Origin: Trichosphaerium sp. ATCC 40318
Taxonomy: Eukaryota; Protista; Tubulinea
NCBI GenBank assembly: GCA_038496445.1
Contig: JALMLS010000009.1
Coordinates: 186,001-250,000 of the forward strand
DNA: 64,000 nt
Reading direction: 5' to 3'
Of the stretch, positions 28,708-42,613 are shown piece by piece. Position numbers and translations under genes: made by a program. Positions within the stretch are counted from its first letter, which is position 1; each line of letters opens with the position of its first letter. The notes beneath the pieces were generated by a model. It was given only the letters and a program-made list of their open reading frames with translations. It was not told the DNA's origin and made no database searches.

Positions 28708-31252
28708 TTAAGGCTTTGATAAACCTTCATGATGTGATTGAGAATTTACTATATTGACCACAGCTCCTCTAGTTCTTTTTTTACTCTCTCGGCTGAGGCT
28801 AAATGGGAACACAACCTTCCTTAATGGTTCAATATAGCAAATTAAAAGGATAGCTATGGTCACCAACAAAACCACTCCAATACAGCATCCAATCATAACA
28901 TACATCAAAACGTTTGAGTTACCGCAATTCGATTTGTCAACATGGAACACAACTGATAGTCTACCTACAAAGTAGCGTTTAGTTATTAACAGTACGATCA
29001 TATCTTTGTGGTTCTCACCTTCTTCAAGTTTATCTTGGACACTTACTTCTTCACATTCCTTGTTTGCTGTTTGAGCTTGAAGCGCTCTAAAGGAACCTTG
29101 CAGTTTATAAGCGAACATGCGTAGTTCTTACAGCTATTAGAATCATACCAACTGTACAGTCGTCAGCGTCATATTGTAGCACTGTGATCTCTTCTCCTGT
29201 TTCAACTGGTTTATTGTGCTTGAATAAGACATATCCATCAAAAGAAGCACAACCTAGGCGGGTGTTACTCAAGCAGTAGTATTACCAATTCACAAACGAC
29301 TTGCCTCTCACTCTGACTTTCGCATTGTACTCAAAAACTAGCCATCCACTCCCTGAACATGTGATATTTTCCACTTTTACTTTCCCTTGAAATGTAATTG
29401 TTGTGTTTGGGTCAACAACAAGCTCTTGTTCATTGGGAAGAACCCATACAGCTTTCAAACACAAGAACTGCTGCGTAGGTGCTGTTCCAATACATTTAGA
29501 ACGTGATCTACCGGTAGGTGGCAACGTTGATGTTTGATCTTGTGGAGGTAGTGTACTAATATTCGAATAGACAGTGCGCTACAAAGATCAGAATAGATTT
29601 TGGGTTGATTAACAGCTGCGTACAAATTGATATGCGCCAACATCTATGATTCTGTAGTCTCTTGTTATATTCTCTAGAGTGTATATGTTAACAAAAGATT
29701 ACAATGATGAAACAGCTTACGAATATCCCATTGTGGTACATCAGGGTCAGCATCTGTTTATATCAGTATCTTACAAATTTAAAACAGACAGTACCTGTGA
29801 ACGAAAATACAACATCAGAGGTATTCGTCAGTTGGTAATTACCACTTGCTATATTTTCGAATATGTCCGTGGTATTGAGGAACAAGAAAGAAGGTTGAGG
29901 GTACTCTCCATAGCCTCTGTACTCATGTGCAAAGTTATAAAGCAGTATGTTCTTCCAGCGAGTAACAGAATTGGTTGGTAGCGCAAGGGAATATGTATCT
30001 TAGATTGTTAAGTAAAGAGTAATAGTAGCATGGGATTCGTACTGACACCAACGGTTACAGACTTAAGAGTTGAGTTACAAGTGTATGAAATGACTTAGAA
30101 GACGTTAGTGTTAACTTGAGTAATGACAACGTACAGTCAGTGTTTTGTATAACCGAGTTATATACTGTAATTGAGTGATTACCACCACAACGGAATATGG
30201 CGCTGGTATTTCCGACTGTTCCAATAAAGAAAGTTCTGTCGAAGTACATTTCAGAATTACGCGATACAACCATTCCTGCAAAAAAATTCACACTTATACA
30301 GTTGCAACCGATTGTGAGGCTCACCAGGTGCAGTTGACTTTATGACTGCATCGTTTACGTGTACTACACTGTCTTCAGCATCAATAGAAAACTGAACCTA
30401 AACAGTTGTGTCAAACACGTGGACTTTTTATTTCTGTTCCTACCCCGTCTGAAAACATAACTATTGAACTGAAGTGTACGTGCGAACGGCGAGTAACTAT
30501 TGTTTTCCGAAGATTGATACTTGAAGGTGTGAAGATGTCTCGTATGGTTACATTTGTGAAGGATACTAAACCTATAAAGCGCGTCACAACAAACATCACG
30601 TTTCTTCATGTATAGATTTTGCAAGTCGTCCGTTTGTACAGGAATAAGTACTACTAGAGGTACTAAACCCACGTTCGACTCAACAAAGTGTACGCTGTAT
30701 AGCTCAAAGTGAAAAACGCGTACTTGACGATACTGTTATTAGTTGGATTTGTTGGTTTGTAGTTGACATTGACAAGTCTTCAAATGTAATATATCTACAG
30801 TTTTCTATGTCAATCCTTGACGCATTATAAATGCGGATCGATACGTTTACAGAGCTTGAAAGTGTGAGTTGCGCAATTTCTATCTGTTGCCAATGATTTA
30901 GTATAACAAAAAAGAGCACTTGTTTTTTTTGCTTCAGGTGTACGTTTGGATCGACTATGAGTTGTATATTACTTCTACTAAAAGATATCCTAGTTCCCGG
31001 CGGTGCTGATATTACATGTATACAATCCAAAGAAAAGTCTCCCTAACATCAATTATTACAAAACTCCGGTGGGTTACTAAAAAAGATCCACTAATAGAAC
31101 AGTACTAGAGCATTGGTAATAGTCGGGTAGCTTGGTGATGGCACAATTTCGCATCCACGTGCGGGAATCAGTATGAGTTCCACTAACACAAATAATGACA
31201 GAGCAAGGCGTAGGCTTAGCCGTTCCGGTGTATGATTGCTGGAAATGTACAT
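28708..31252 (-). CDS. Type I surface glycoprotein, tandem paralog A (possible beta-helix ectodomain, Cys-rich juxtamembrane domain)
   Basis: Signal peptide, YPTITNAL, many N-glycosylation sequons, CIGTAPTQQFLC..W, TM YVMIGCCIGVVLLVTIAILLI. Confidence 0.7.
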
Positions 31253-32149
31253 TAAGTGTAAATATAAATCTGAATTTTAGAGGCGTTTGTATTAATCGGT
31301 TACGTGTTTGCTTGGAGCCCCACGGAATTACTTTTCCTACTCATATACTTGTGTAGTAGGTTTGTTACTTAACAAGGTATGTTAAGCTAGTTCTTGATTT
31401 GGCTACGAGCTCACAAGTATTGTCTGTTTCATTCAAGTTTTGAGACAGACTGACTTTTAGCAAAAAAAAATCCAGTTTCTGCCTGATCTGTCAGATCTGA
31501 CGGATTTGACACTTCTGACAGATCTTGCAAATGCCATTTTTTAAATGTGATCTACCCTCACGCCTGTCCAGCCGTTTCACACCCACGTGATTTAACAAAC
31601 CCCACAGCAAACTTTTTTATTTACATATTTGACACCTAGCGGCGTTTACAAAGCCTACAGCAACGCTGCTGGTGTTTTGGGGCGGTTTTGCCGTTGTTAC
31701 ACCTTCATTGCTATTTGAATGCTACCGTAGCGCTTCTGTTAGCGTGGGGTAGGCGCTAGCGTAGCGCTAGTAACTTATACACGTACGTTGATTTTTGATG
31801 CAAAATATACTGCAAACAGTGTTTGAGGCATTCAGACCGTGTTTGGCGGTAATGCGATAGCTTTGTAGGACATCACACCTTTTTAATTCGCTTTTAGCTC
31901 ATGAGTATTGACACGCAAATAGTTCACATTGTCAGATATAAACCATTTGACAAAAGTGGCATTCTTGCTAGATCTGCTAAAAGTGATAGAAACTCACTTT
32001 CTAGAAAACATTAGTAAAACTTGAATGACACAGGCAATATATCCGCCTTTGAATTAGTGCCTTTGATTCAGTTCTTATCTTTTCTCAGCAATACAACTGG
32101 CCAAATACGAAACGCCAAGCAGTGTTTATTATCCAGTATGTACAAGATT

Positions 32150-34620
32150 TTATGGTTGGGTTACAATGCTTCTAGGCGATTCAGAATTTACAATATTAGC
32201 AACATTTCCATTTGTTTTGTTTTTCTTTTTTTCGCGCATGTGCAACGGAAATACTGCCTTATTCAGTGGCTCGAAGTACCAGATTAAAAGGATAGCAATT
32301 AGTGCCAACAACAATACTCCAACAGAACAGCCAATCATTACGTACATTAAAACATATGATCGTTTGTCACATTTCGAGTTGTCAACATGAAACACAGCTG
32401 ATAGTTTACCTACAAAGTTCTTTAGTTTGTTTTCAGTATCAAGCGTTCTCCTACCTTCTGCACGCTTTTCTTTTACCGATATTTCTTCACATTCTTCATT
32501 TGCTGTTTGGGCATGATATCCTATAAAAGATCCTTGAAAGAACCGTATTAATAGACATAAATTTTTAAACAAGTATTACCTGATGTACAATCATTACTGT
32601 CGTCTAATGTGAATAGTTTAACTTCATCTCCTGTTTCAACTGATCCGTTTTGTTTGAGTAGCACAAATCCATTAAAGTGAGCGCAACCTAAAGATCAGTG
32701 TGTTCATTACTTCAATCTTTTAATGCTGGTATACCTCTTATAGTGACATTCGTATTGTGCTCAAAAATTAACCATCCGCTGTCGGAACAAGTGATATTCT
32801 CCATTGATACATTTCCTTGAAACGTCATATTTGTGTTAGGGTCAACAACAAGCTCTTGATCATCGGGAAGAACCCATATAGATCTCATGCAAGTGAAGTT
32901 TTGTGTAGGAGCTGTTCCAATGCATGTAGAATCTAATGTACTTAGACGAGCAGTCGGGTTGCCATTGAATTGGATGGTAGGTGTAGAGTTTGATAAACTC
33001 GCTTCGTTTGGAGGTAGCGTAGTCTCTATAGTGCGCTAAAGCAGTATCAGTATTGTTTTTGTGGAGTGCAAATTGTACAAACTGATATGCGCCAACATCT
33101 ATGATTCTGTAGTCTCTTGTTGTATTCTCTAGAGTGTATATGTTATTAACAAAAAGATTACAATAATGAAACAGCTTACGAATATCCCATTGTGGTACAT
33201 CAGGGTCAGCATCTGTTTATATCAGTATGTTAAAAGTTTAAAACAGACAGTACCTGTGAACGAAAACACAACATCAGAGGTATTCGTAAGTTGGTAACTA
33301 CCACTTGCTATATTTTCGAATATGTCTGTGGTATTGAGGAACAAGAAAGAAGGTTGAGGGTACTCTCCAAAGGCGCTGTACTTATTTGCGAAATCGAACA
33401 GAAGTATGTTTTTCCATTGGACTATAACTCGAGATGGGCTTGCCAAATTGTCAATATCTGTTCTTCACATGTTAGATAGCAACCCCCCAGATTGTTATAC
33501 GTACTGATGCCAACAGTTACAGATTTTAAAGTCGTATTACAAACATGCGATATTCCTATGCAACTAAGTACTTTTGTTACTGTTTGTGGTGACAACTTAC
33601 TGCCAGCGTTTTGTATAACGGTGTTGTAAACGGTAATGGGGTTATTTTGAACACAAAAAAACGTTGCGTGAGTTTCTCCTTGTTGCCCAAAAAGGCTACT
33701 TCTGTCGACAGACAACGCGGAAGAATCCAAGTATACTAACACTGGTGATACTGTTAGAATAATGATTAAAAAACACTAGGTTTACCGCTTGATTCTGCCC
33801 TTATTCTCGCATCCTCTATGCGTACATGACTATGAGACATCCTTATAGAATGTAGAGGCTAAAAATAGAATTAAAAAAAAGAATCACGTGATGTAGAAAA
33901 TGTAAACCACAATCAGTCGTACCCCTATTGTAAATACTATCATATCATTAAAGTATACTTGAGAGTGATTTATAAGAATGGTGGAGCGACTGCTTGCAAG
34001 TCCATTATCTTTTGCTTTTAAATTCTTGAACTGTACGGAATCTATTACCTGTCAATCAACACATCTGTTTTCTGAAAAAGAACGCACCGGAAGTGTATAC
34101 TCCTATTAGTGCTTCGGGCGCATCAACGGTTGTCATTGACATGTCTTCTATCGTTATGTTTTTACAAGCTTCTATTACAAGTCTTGATGCCGTTTGAATA
34201 CGTATTGAAACGTTGGTAGAGTTAAAAATTGTAATTTGATTAATTGCCAACTACAACAAATTAGAAAACAAAATTGCAAGGTTGCCGGTTTTTCTTTTTG
34301 GTTTTTGGGTGTACATGAAGTCCGATGAAGAGGCTCACATCGTTTCTGTTTATAATTACATCGGAACCCCCCAGAATCGATATTACTCGTATACAATCCA
34401 ATGATGAGTCACCCTGCCGTATTAATTATTCAAAATCAACAAAAACTCCGGAATCGCGAACAGGTGGCCGTACCAGGGCATCATCAAGCGTTGGGTACAT
34501 AGCATCCGGTACGTCTTGGCATCCACGTGTAGGAAAAGGCGTGTATAAAAACATCACCAATAAAACGAGTTGAAAGCTAAGGTTGATGTGCCTTTTTGGA
34601 GCAATACAGTTGTGGTACAT
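32150..34620 (-). CDS. Type I surface glycoprotein, tandem paralog B
   Basis: Same exon layout and motifs as paralog A: YPTLDDAL, CIGTAPTQNFTC..W, YVMIGCSVGVLLLALIAILLIW. Confidence 0.7.
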
Positions 34621-35348
34621 GAGAAACACCAAAAATATTATCACTGTATGTGTTATGCAGTTTTGGCCAGCTGTGTTTTCCTAATGTTCGTTTTAGTCAG
34701 GAGTGTATAATAACAAATTACGAGGAATTACCCAACTATTTTGAGGGCGTATTGTAATAAACAGTATTAGGTCCTATGGTATCACTAAGTCATGAGTTTT
34801 CGGGTTTAGCAGGAGCGAACCTTCGAATTATCAAGTAGATAGACTAATAGAGAGCAACAATTACCCTGCGTGAAACTAAATACGATGGAATGTACCAACA
34901 ATACAAAACGGAGTTGTGGGTACCAGCGGAATATGTAGTTGCTGAGGGATTCTAGTGAGGACAAACAGGTTTGTTCTTTTCGCGACAAATATAGTTTTAG
35001 TTTTTTCAACAATGTCCTGGTCTCAAGAAGTCACGTTCCGAATGTTTGCCCCACAATTTATTCCCAATCTATACTGTAACCCAACCAATAGCAAGCTGCG
35101 ATACGAACAATTGTGTTCAGGCGCAGTAAGAGGTGCTATCACAAGACCTGGAAGCAAAAATGGCTATTACCTATTCTTGCTTGGTGTTCTTTGTAGGTTG
35201 AAGTTCTCTAATTGATTTTAAGTTGAAGCTTTGACACGGGCCAGGCTTGCATCTTGGGGACTTGATATTTAATAGTAGAAACCTTTGTGATTGATTTCTG
35301 CGTTAGTTGAAGTCAATTTACGAAAACTCCCAAATCGATCACACGCGA

Positions 35349-37192
35349 ATGCTTCGCGGAGCTTTTGAGTTCGCAATATTCCTGCTATACGTTAGAGGAC
35401 TTGTAACAGTTGTAAATGAATCATCTGGCAATACAACAGCAGAAATTGAGTCATGGCCTCTATTCTTCGGTAATAACGATGTTAACTTCCCTACAATACA
35501 CAATGCAACAGTGACGTCTCTTAAAGACGCCTTTTCAGGTGGGACAACAGAAATTCTATATTTACTCGTCTTCAAAACCTCACGATGCGCAAGGATGCGT
35601 GGTATTCATGCCGCCTGATAAAAACACTGCAGGAAATATTTTAAGAGCCAGGGATGCAGGCGCAATCGCCGTCATCATACGTTATAGTAGCGAGTTCGTT
35701 TCGGGAGGCTGTGGCATGTACTATATTTACCGTACGGTTTGGTGGCTTTAATCTTTTTGTGTAAAATGATTTAATTATTGGGAAATATTTTGGGGTTTTT
35801 TTTTTGATTGTGTTTCGATTGATTAACTCATAAAGGTAGGAAATGGAATAAGAGAATTGAATGTGCCTGTTTTAGAAGTGGCGGAGAGGGACATTGGCCT
35901 CACCAACGATAGTACCTTTACAGCGACCATTACGTCAAGTAAATTTGCTTGTTTTTAAAATGTACAATTTCTAATAGTCCTAGCACCAAACACGTGTCAG
36001 AATTATTTTAATGGACCCGAATTTGGTCTAATACAAGCTGTGTTGCTTCTATTATGTGTATCGGCTGAAGTACTGTGTGTTATAAGGTGCGGTATTTGCG
36101 GCTTTTTATTTGATTGATTAATATTGTTAGATTAGTGCAATACTACAGGCGAGGACGCCTGTTTAAACTGTCACTCGCCGTTGTTGCCATAAACATAGAA
36201 ATAGTATCAAACTTGTGTAATATCAGATATAGATGAGCGTTGTCGTATCATCCTAACTGTTCGTTGTAGTGAAGTTCATTTACCTCGTCAACTTTCTTGG
36301 TTCACGTCAATTGTATCATAATTTATTCGATGACTTCATGCTTGCTATTTCATTTCCTCTTTCTACCATCACAAATGTCATGATTATTATGTATTGGTAC
36401 TGGCCACGTGTATTACATCTTTCTTTAATTTACGTATAGGCACGAAGCACTTGTTGCTAAGGCTGTAAAGATCAGTGTTTTTCTCAAAACAAGAGTGTTC
36501 AGGATTGCGTTTATAATACTGAGTATTGTTCTGGTTAGTATTGAGCTCATTTCAGCTTTTGTCCGCGTCACGACTGCGCTTGTAATTACACTTTATTTGC
36601 CTCAAGTGACTAATTTCATTGCCAATCTTGTGACACTCATTTATGGTGCAGTCATTTTGATTAAGGTACCTTCCTTTCAGCTTTTAATCTATGTTTTAAA
36701 GGGCCTAGGTGTACCAACGTGCACGTGGAGTAGAGGATAACTCAAATTCAAGTCTTTTACGGAAGGTGGTAACTAACAATATGTCACGTGACTAACACGT
36801 GATATTAGATTTTATTGCGATTAACGACGAACACGTTCCTCTTGTCTCTCATGATGATCAGTATTCTTGCATTGGCGATCCCTCCACCTAGGAGAATAGC
36901 AACAAGAAAAACAGTTTATACTTTTGCATCTATTTATGCATCACAAATGTCTTTGTCAATTCTACAAGTGCGTCTAATAAATAGTCTAGGTTTCGTATTA
37001 TCATTGACTTCCATGTAGATATACTCTTTTAAACCACCTCCAAAAACCAAGACATCATCTAATATGACTAGTGGAAACAGATCTAAGCTGACCTTATCAG
37101 ATAAAACAAGTGTAACGGCAACACCTATGTCAAAAATTTCAAGTATCCACCCTACCTCAACAATACAAAAAGATTTTGTGCTGAATAAATAA
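35349..37192 (+). CDS. Secretory PA-like (protease-associated) domain fused to a multi-pass TM domain
   Basis: Signal MLRGAFEFAIFLLYVRG, NILRARDAGAIAVII..ELNVPVLEV (PA-like), then about 7 hydrophobic helices and a Ser/Thr-rich tail. Confidence 0.6.
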
Positions 37193-37289
37193 TTGTACTT
37201 CTAAATACTCAGTATCAAGATCAACCACCTTCTGCATCAATCAATCAATCATTTGTTTTACATTTATTTCTACACGAAAAATCTGAGCA

Positions 37290-37900
37290 TGAATTGACAC
37301 ACGCCCTATTCATACGCGTTTAGTAGTACACGAAGATGATACTTAGAAATCAAGTAATGCTGTATCGCATAATGTATCTGACACTATGCGAAACAGCAAG
37401 TTCACTTCCCCACTCTGTCCGATTCTCTTGGGGAATATGCTAGAATAGTGATCATGAGCCAAAACGTGTTGGTAGCTATCACGCCATAAGATCTGATATC
37501 GCGTGTTGGTCATGTAGCGTATTGTTTATTAAGGAACATTGTTCAAGATATTATCATGCACTGGTATTTGCAAGGTAGATTCGTGCAGCAAAGTGGAGAA
37601 GAAGTTGCCTTTATCACAATGACAGCACCATAAATGAGTGTCACGAGATGGCAATCTGCAGTAAATAAAGTGTAATTCGCCGAGTAAAGATGATGTGAGC
37701 TCAACAACAATCAAACAATACTTAGATTATTTATTTTCACAAAACAAACACAATACATCCTGTACTAGACCAAATTCGGGTCCATTGAAATAATTATGAC
37801 ACGTGTTCGGTGCTAGGAATACTAGTAAAATGTTCGCAAGTGTTCATTTTAAAAAACAAGGAAGTTACTTGACGTAATGTTCATCGTGCTGTATGGAATT
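37290..37900 (-). pseudogene. Inverted, internally deleted, degenerate copy of the PA-multiTM gene
   Basis: Minus-strand CCTAGCACCGAACACGTGTCATAATTATTTCAATGGACCCGAATTTGGTCT matches about 35979-36029. GTGACACTCATTTATGGTGC matches about 36630-36649. The intervening exons are absent. Confidence 0.7.
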
Positions 37901-38667
37901 TGTCTAGAATTATTTTCAATACAATGAGAGGCCATATAACCAAGCTGTTCATGCAAACACCAAGGTAAAATAGCAAGACATAGTAAGAACTATCTTCAGG
38001 CTTAGATTTTCTATGACAAAGTTAGTGATGAAGGTTGGCATTAAAACAAAAAAAAGAAAAGCGTACATCAACATGTTTGTTGCTTGAGTAACAAACTTAA
38101 GTTCGACTGTAATCCGAAAAAAAGCAATTGCAATGGCAAAGGGTAGTACAACGAAACTAGGGAATATTGATACTAGCCCATACTGTACAACACTGATAGA
38201 AACTGACAACCAACTGATAATCCTCACGTGGTTCTGTGAAAGAAAAGTATAAGCAATATCAATCTCTGTAAATCGATTATCAAACGTTGTAAATATGTTT
38301 ATTCGCGTACCAACCAATCGGGAAACTGTACTACACCATGTATAGCTGGATTTATTTCTTGCAGAATTGCTGCGCGTATAAAACACGAAAATAGTGTTCC
38401 CAAGTCTACTCTTCCAACAAAAAAGAAGATGTATTGCACAATTGATGTAAACATCGCCAAATAAGAAAAAATAGCGTTTCAATCAGAAATTCCACTTAAC
38501 TCGTAACTAACGACTTAACTCATCTATCAACGCTTTTCCACTTTTGTTCTGGGTTAACGATCACCTTGGAAGCAAGTGGACATAGCATGAACATAAAACA
38601 AGAGAAATATTGCAATAGCTAAAAGGCTTAATCACATGGCGGTTACGTCCATTGAGTAGCATGTTTA

Positions 38668-40050
38668 TTACCATTCATAAACATAAGCATAAGATAGTAC
38701 TTGACTCTTTGTAGGACCTCCTGCTGGCTTTCCGTTATCATCAATACATTTCTGACCATTAGGTGCTACTGTATCGCCGTTTCTCCATACTACGATATAG
38801 ATTAGTCACTGTATAACACCTCCATTTACATACCAATAGTACCATTGCTATTCCAAGCAATTGGGTCTTCGTAGTGAAATCTGTAGGCTGAGACTTCAGA
38901 TTGACCTTCCACAATAGTCAGAACAACCACTTCATTATTCTGTGCGTACCTGCTGCTCTATCGATGTGTGTTAGACCAGATACTGGCAAATGGAAACCAC
39001 CGCCATTAAAATAGTAAGCTGAATCGAAATAATCCTCTGTTCCAGAACTGAAGCGAACAAATCAGCTTTTTCAAGTTTTGTTAAAGCATCGTCCTACCTC
39101 AAGAGCATCTTTGGTCTACCATCAAGATGAGCTCTAAGACAACCCTACAAATAACGTATGAGAATCTAAGAAAACTCCCACAGGTAACCACTGTAAACTT
39201 CGTACTTCTAGGAAATGCAAGTTTTCCGATTGTACAGACAACATAACTGCGAAAAATAATCCCGATGATGTACTCTGTACGAGGTTTATCTTTTCTAATG
39301 GGTTATAGGTTCCATTATTTTTGTAAACTTTCAGGTGAGAACTACGTAATGTTACTAGGAAAATTCTTCCAAAAAAAAATCACGTGACATACTTTGGAGG
39401 TAATTTAAACCCGTCAACATGCACAGGCAAGTTCTCTGCACCTCGAACAATAAACCAGAATTTTCCCTCAGGGTCTGAAGCAGCTTGTTGAACCGAGACA
39501 CGAAGAGAGGAGGTAAATGGTATCCTGATATCTTCAAGAATGTCAGAAGAAAACAACCAAACTAGAGACGTACTATTAAACACTGCACCACCTTTTGCTC
39601 CCTACAATAGCAGTTATAAATAAAGTGTTCGTTTTTATGTCCGTACTTTTCCAATGAATTGAGTGCCCCAAGGACTTTCGCTATCGTCGAAACCAATCCC
39701 AACGGAGAAGTCAGCAATAAGCTCAACAGTTAAACTTGGATTGTCATCAATGTAAAATCGAACAATGGCATTGTTCACGTGGGCTGAAACAAAAAAGTCA
39801 GACGAATTTTCCTAATGTTCGTACGTCCTGTAATCCACCAGTGGTTGACAGCAGCGCCATCCGAACCTTGTACAGTATGCGTGAAGCTATTTGAACAGTT
39901 TAGAAAAAATCAGTTTAGAAAAGCGCATTACACGGTTTGTTCTTCGTGTCCAAGCGTTCCCACGGATACTGCTGTGCCAAAAGGCACCGGAATAGCATTT
40001 GCGACCGCGCTGATAGTACTAATCAAAATAAAGAGCGTCAGTACGTTCAT
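38668..40050 (-). CDS. Secreted DUF2961 (GH172-related) family protein
   Basis: Signal peptide, NHWWITG, IVRFYID, GGAVFNNIRIPF, FLEGC, SSGTEDYFDSAYYF, SAYRFHYEDPI. Confidence 0.75.
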
Positions 40051-40601
40051 TACTATCAATATTTGTATGTGTCTGCGGTTGTTGACGTCAGAAATACCAC
40101 TTTGTTGAAGAAAGGTGACTTTCTGTTTTTTAGCACGTGACACATTTATACAGTAGCGATAGTGTCGAAACACGGCAAAGTTTTTCTGGAAGCTTTCAAC
40201 TTTTGCTTGTGTTTTTTGCCTTTATCATGGCTTGATTTTCTTTCTTTTTACTTTCACGTGAAAGAGTTATAGAAATTAGGTTTTGTACAACTGTGTAGCT
40301 CACAAATTACACGTCATCACTACACAACAACATCTTTTCAATACATCATCTCTTACATCTTTACAGTGTTTTATCTCTTTTTTTCATCTGTTCAGCTGTT
40401 CACGCGTGTTGGAAGAGTGAAAGTCCGTAAGGGTGCTTTTGTAAGTACCTTATTAAAAACACACAGCCATTAGGTCTTCATTTGAAAAAACTAATCTCAA
40501 AAATCAAAGTGTAGAGCAGGTAAAACATTTATTTATGCCGTATAAATATACATCCACGTTGCAATATCATTTCCTTGTATTAGAACCAGTCTGTCGGAAA
40601 A

Positions 40602-42239
40602 CTAGACGAACCAGTCAAGACGTGATTTCCAATCTGTCAAATAGTTTACTCTCCACTTGTTTACAGTCTCAATTGCGGTATTAAATGAACCTTTCTCGCA
40701 GCTATTAGCCTAACTAAGTTGCTTTTTAAACGTACTCTTGTCACCCCAGTAATTATTTCCGTGTGGTAGTTTAACTAAGACGAATGATCAACAAACCTCT
40801 GGGCTAAATAAAGAAAATAACAAAATGTGTTACACACCGAAAGAACCTCCCCAATGTTCTGATGTTGGATCGCTTGCGTTTCCTTCAGAGTGTAAGAAAT
40901 ATAATCAACTGTTAAATTCTCACCTCGCAATAAGTAAAGAATGCTTGCCATATCACCCTGTAGTTAGTTTAACATTCAATAAAATACTCTAAAGTTAACC
41001 TCTTTCATTGACACGTGACAGTTATTGACATAAAAATCACCCAACGGTCCATGACCCTTTATGTGGGTATCAACGAAAGTGACGTCACCCATATCACCAG
41101 TTTGATTACCACCTTCATAGATACCCCTAAAGGAAAAATTCGTTAAGCTTTTGTCACTGTTTGATTTGCAATTACCGAAAAGTTGTGTTTGCTTCAATCC
41201 TTAACAAATAAGTTACTTTTGTTTCTCTATACTGCCTGCGTACCACCACAATTTCGGAAAATTTTCGTATATGTAATTTCTTGAATACGGGTCATGCTGT
41301 GTATTCCATGATCCAACGCAATACCTTATTTCATTGTTAAAGTAGTCTTAGAAAAAAAGCGAAAAACCCACACTCTTAGTTTGTTTACTATCGATGGTTC
41401 GTCATGAAGAGCTTGTGCTATAGATTTTGATTACTAACTATACTCTATAGAAAATTGAATTACCAACATCAGCCAAACCACCTCCAGTAATGACATAGAC
41501 AGGTCGTTCGTCATCCTGAAACAAAAGATTAGAATAAGAAAAAAAAGCGAAAGAAGTTTAGTTTGTCAAATCCGCACCTGCATAGCAATACTAATTATAG
41601 CTTTACTACCATTCGTGGGTGCACCTCAATATTCTAGTTAATGAAATAAATAACATACATTAGCTTACCCCATCCTTGAGATCCAGGAGATGTCTTTTTT
41701 CCTAATCGATGTGAGGCTAAGCAAAACCAAAGTTTCATGCAGTACCAGCATGCACCTTTGATCTCAATTCTTGGGCTGTGGGGTAGTTCGATTTATGCTT
41801 TTCTAGAACAGGGAAGGCACCATCGTAGGCTTCGAATGCCTTATAGAAAGACTGAACGCCTCCATTGAATGGTGTAGTAGTAATGAACGCTTAACAAAAA
41901 TAAAAAATTATTGCGCTAGTAAGAAAAGTCACCTTCAATGTCAAACTCGTTAACGTAGAATAAAAAGTTTGCTATGAACTGATAGTCATCGCAGTCGCTA
42001 CCTTTTAGTCGTAAATCGCAGAGTTAGGTGCTAATCGATCAGTACCTCCAATGTCATCTGTGTAAATGAGCCTAAAGCGTTGTCCATCAAGAGCACCACC
42101 TGTTGGTGTCGTTTTATAAGAATTACAGCTCGTCGGTTATAATCCTTGTACCTGAAGGGTTTGCGGGCATAAAACACAAGCTCGTATGCACTAAACACGA
42201 AACTAGCAACACTACATTACAAACAAGACTGTGTCGCAT
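40602..42239 (-). CDS. Secreted DUF1593 (Sde182/nucleoside-hydrolase-like) family protein
   Basis: Spliced RLIYTDDIGGSDCDDYQ..NEFDIEA, YPTAQELRS, GSKAII..DDERPVYV..GGLADVAQAL, GHGPLG, KEGDMAS, DPTSEHWGGSF, RLDW. Confidence 0.78.
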
Positions 42240-42613
42240 GATTGTGCGGGTTTTGATTATGAAACACGTGACTAGAAATGACTTCGGTAAAAAAGTAGAG
42301 AAAAGAAATAAAAATACTCACAAAGTTTGACTTTCTCTCGCATGTCGTGTAAGGTCCGCCTCACTCCAACAGCGATTGTTAATGCGGTGTTGGCGTAGTG
42401 TATAATATACGACACGCACATGCAATGAACTGACATGTATCAAAGTTCGGTGTTTGCTAGACCAAACTTTCTGAAGAATACTGCGTTTTTTTATATTTCT
42501 TTATCAGAAAGCAACTAAAGTTCAACAGCAGTGGACGATTATACAACAGTTTAGGAAATAGATCCGTGTTTATTTTTCTACAGTGAGTAATTACTCTATC
42601 AGTGATAGTGAGT

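Noticed and set aside
35530-35600. Apparent frameshift between ORFs 35307 and 35539
   Set aside because: Explained by an intron GTGGGA...GCAAG that restores FSG-CVVF.
37949-38482. 177-aa hydrophobic ORF on the minus strand
   Set aside because: Non-ATG start, T-rich low-information composition and no motif. Probably spurious or a decayed 5' part of the adjacent relic.
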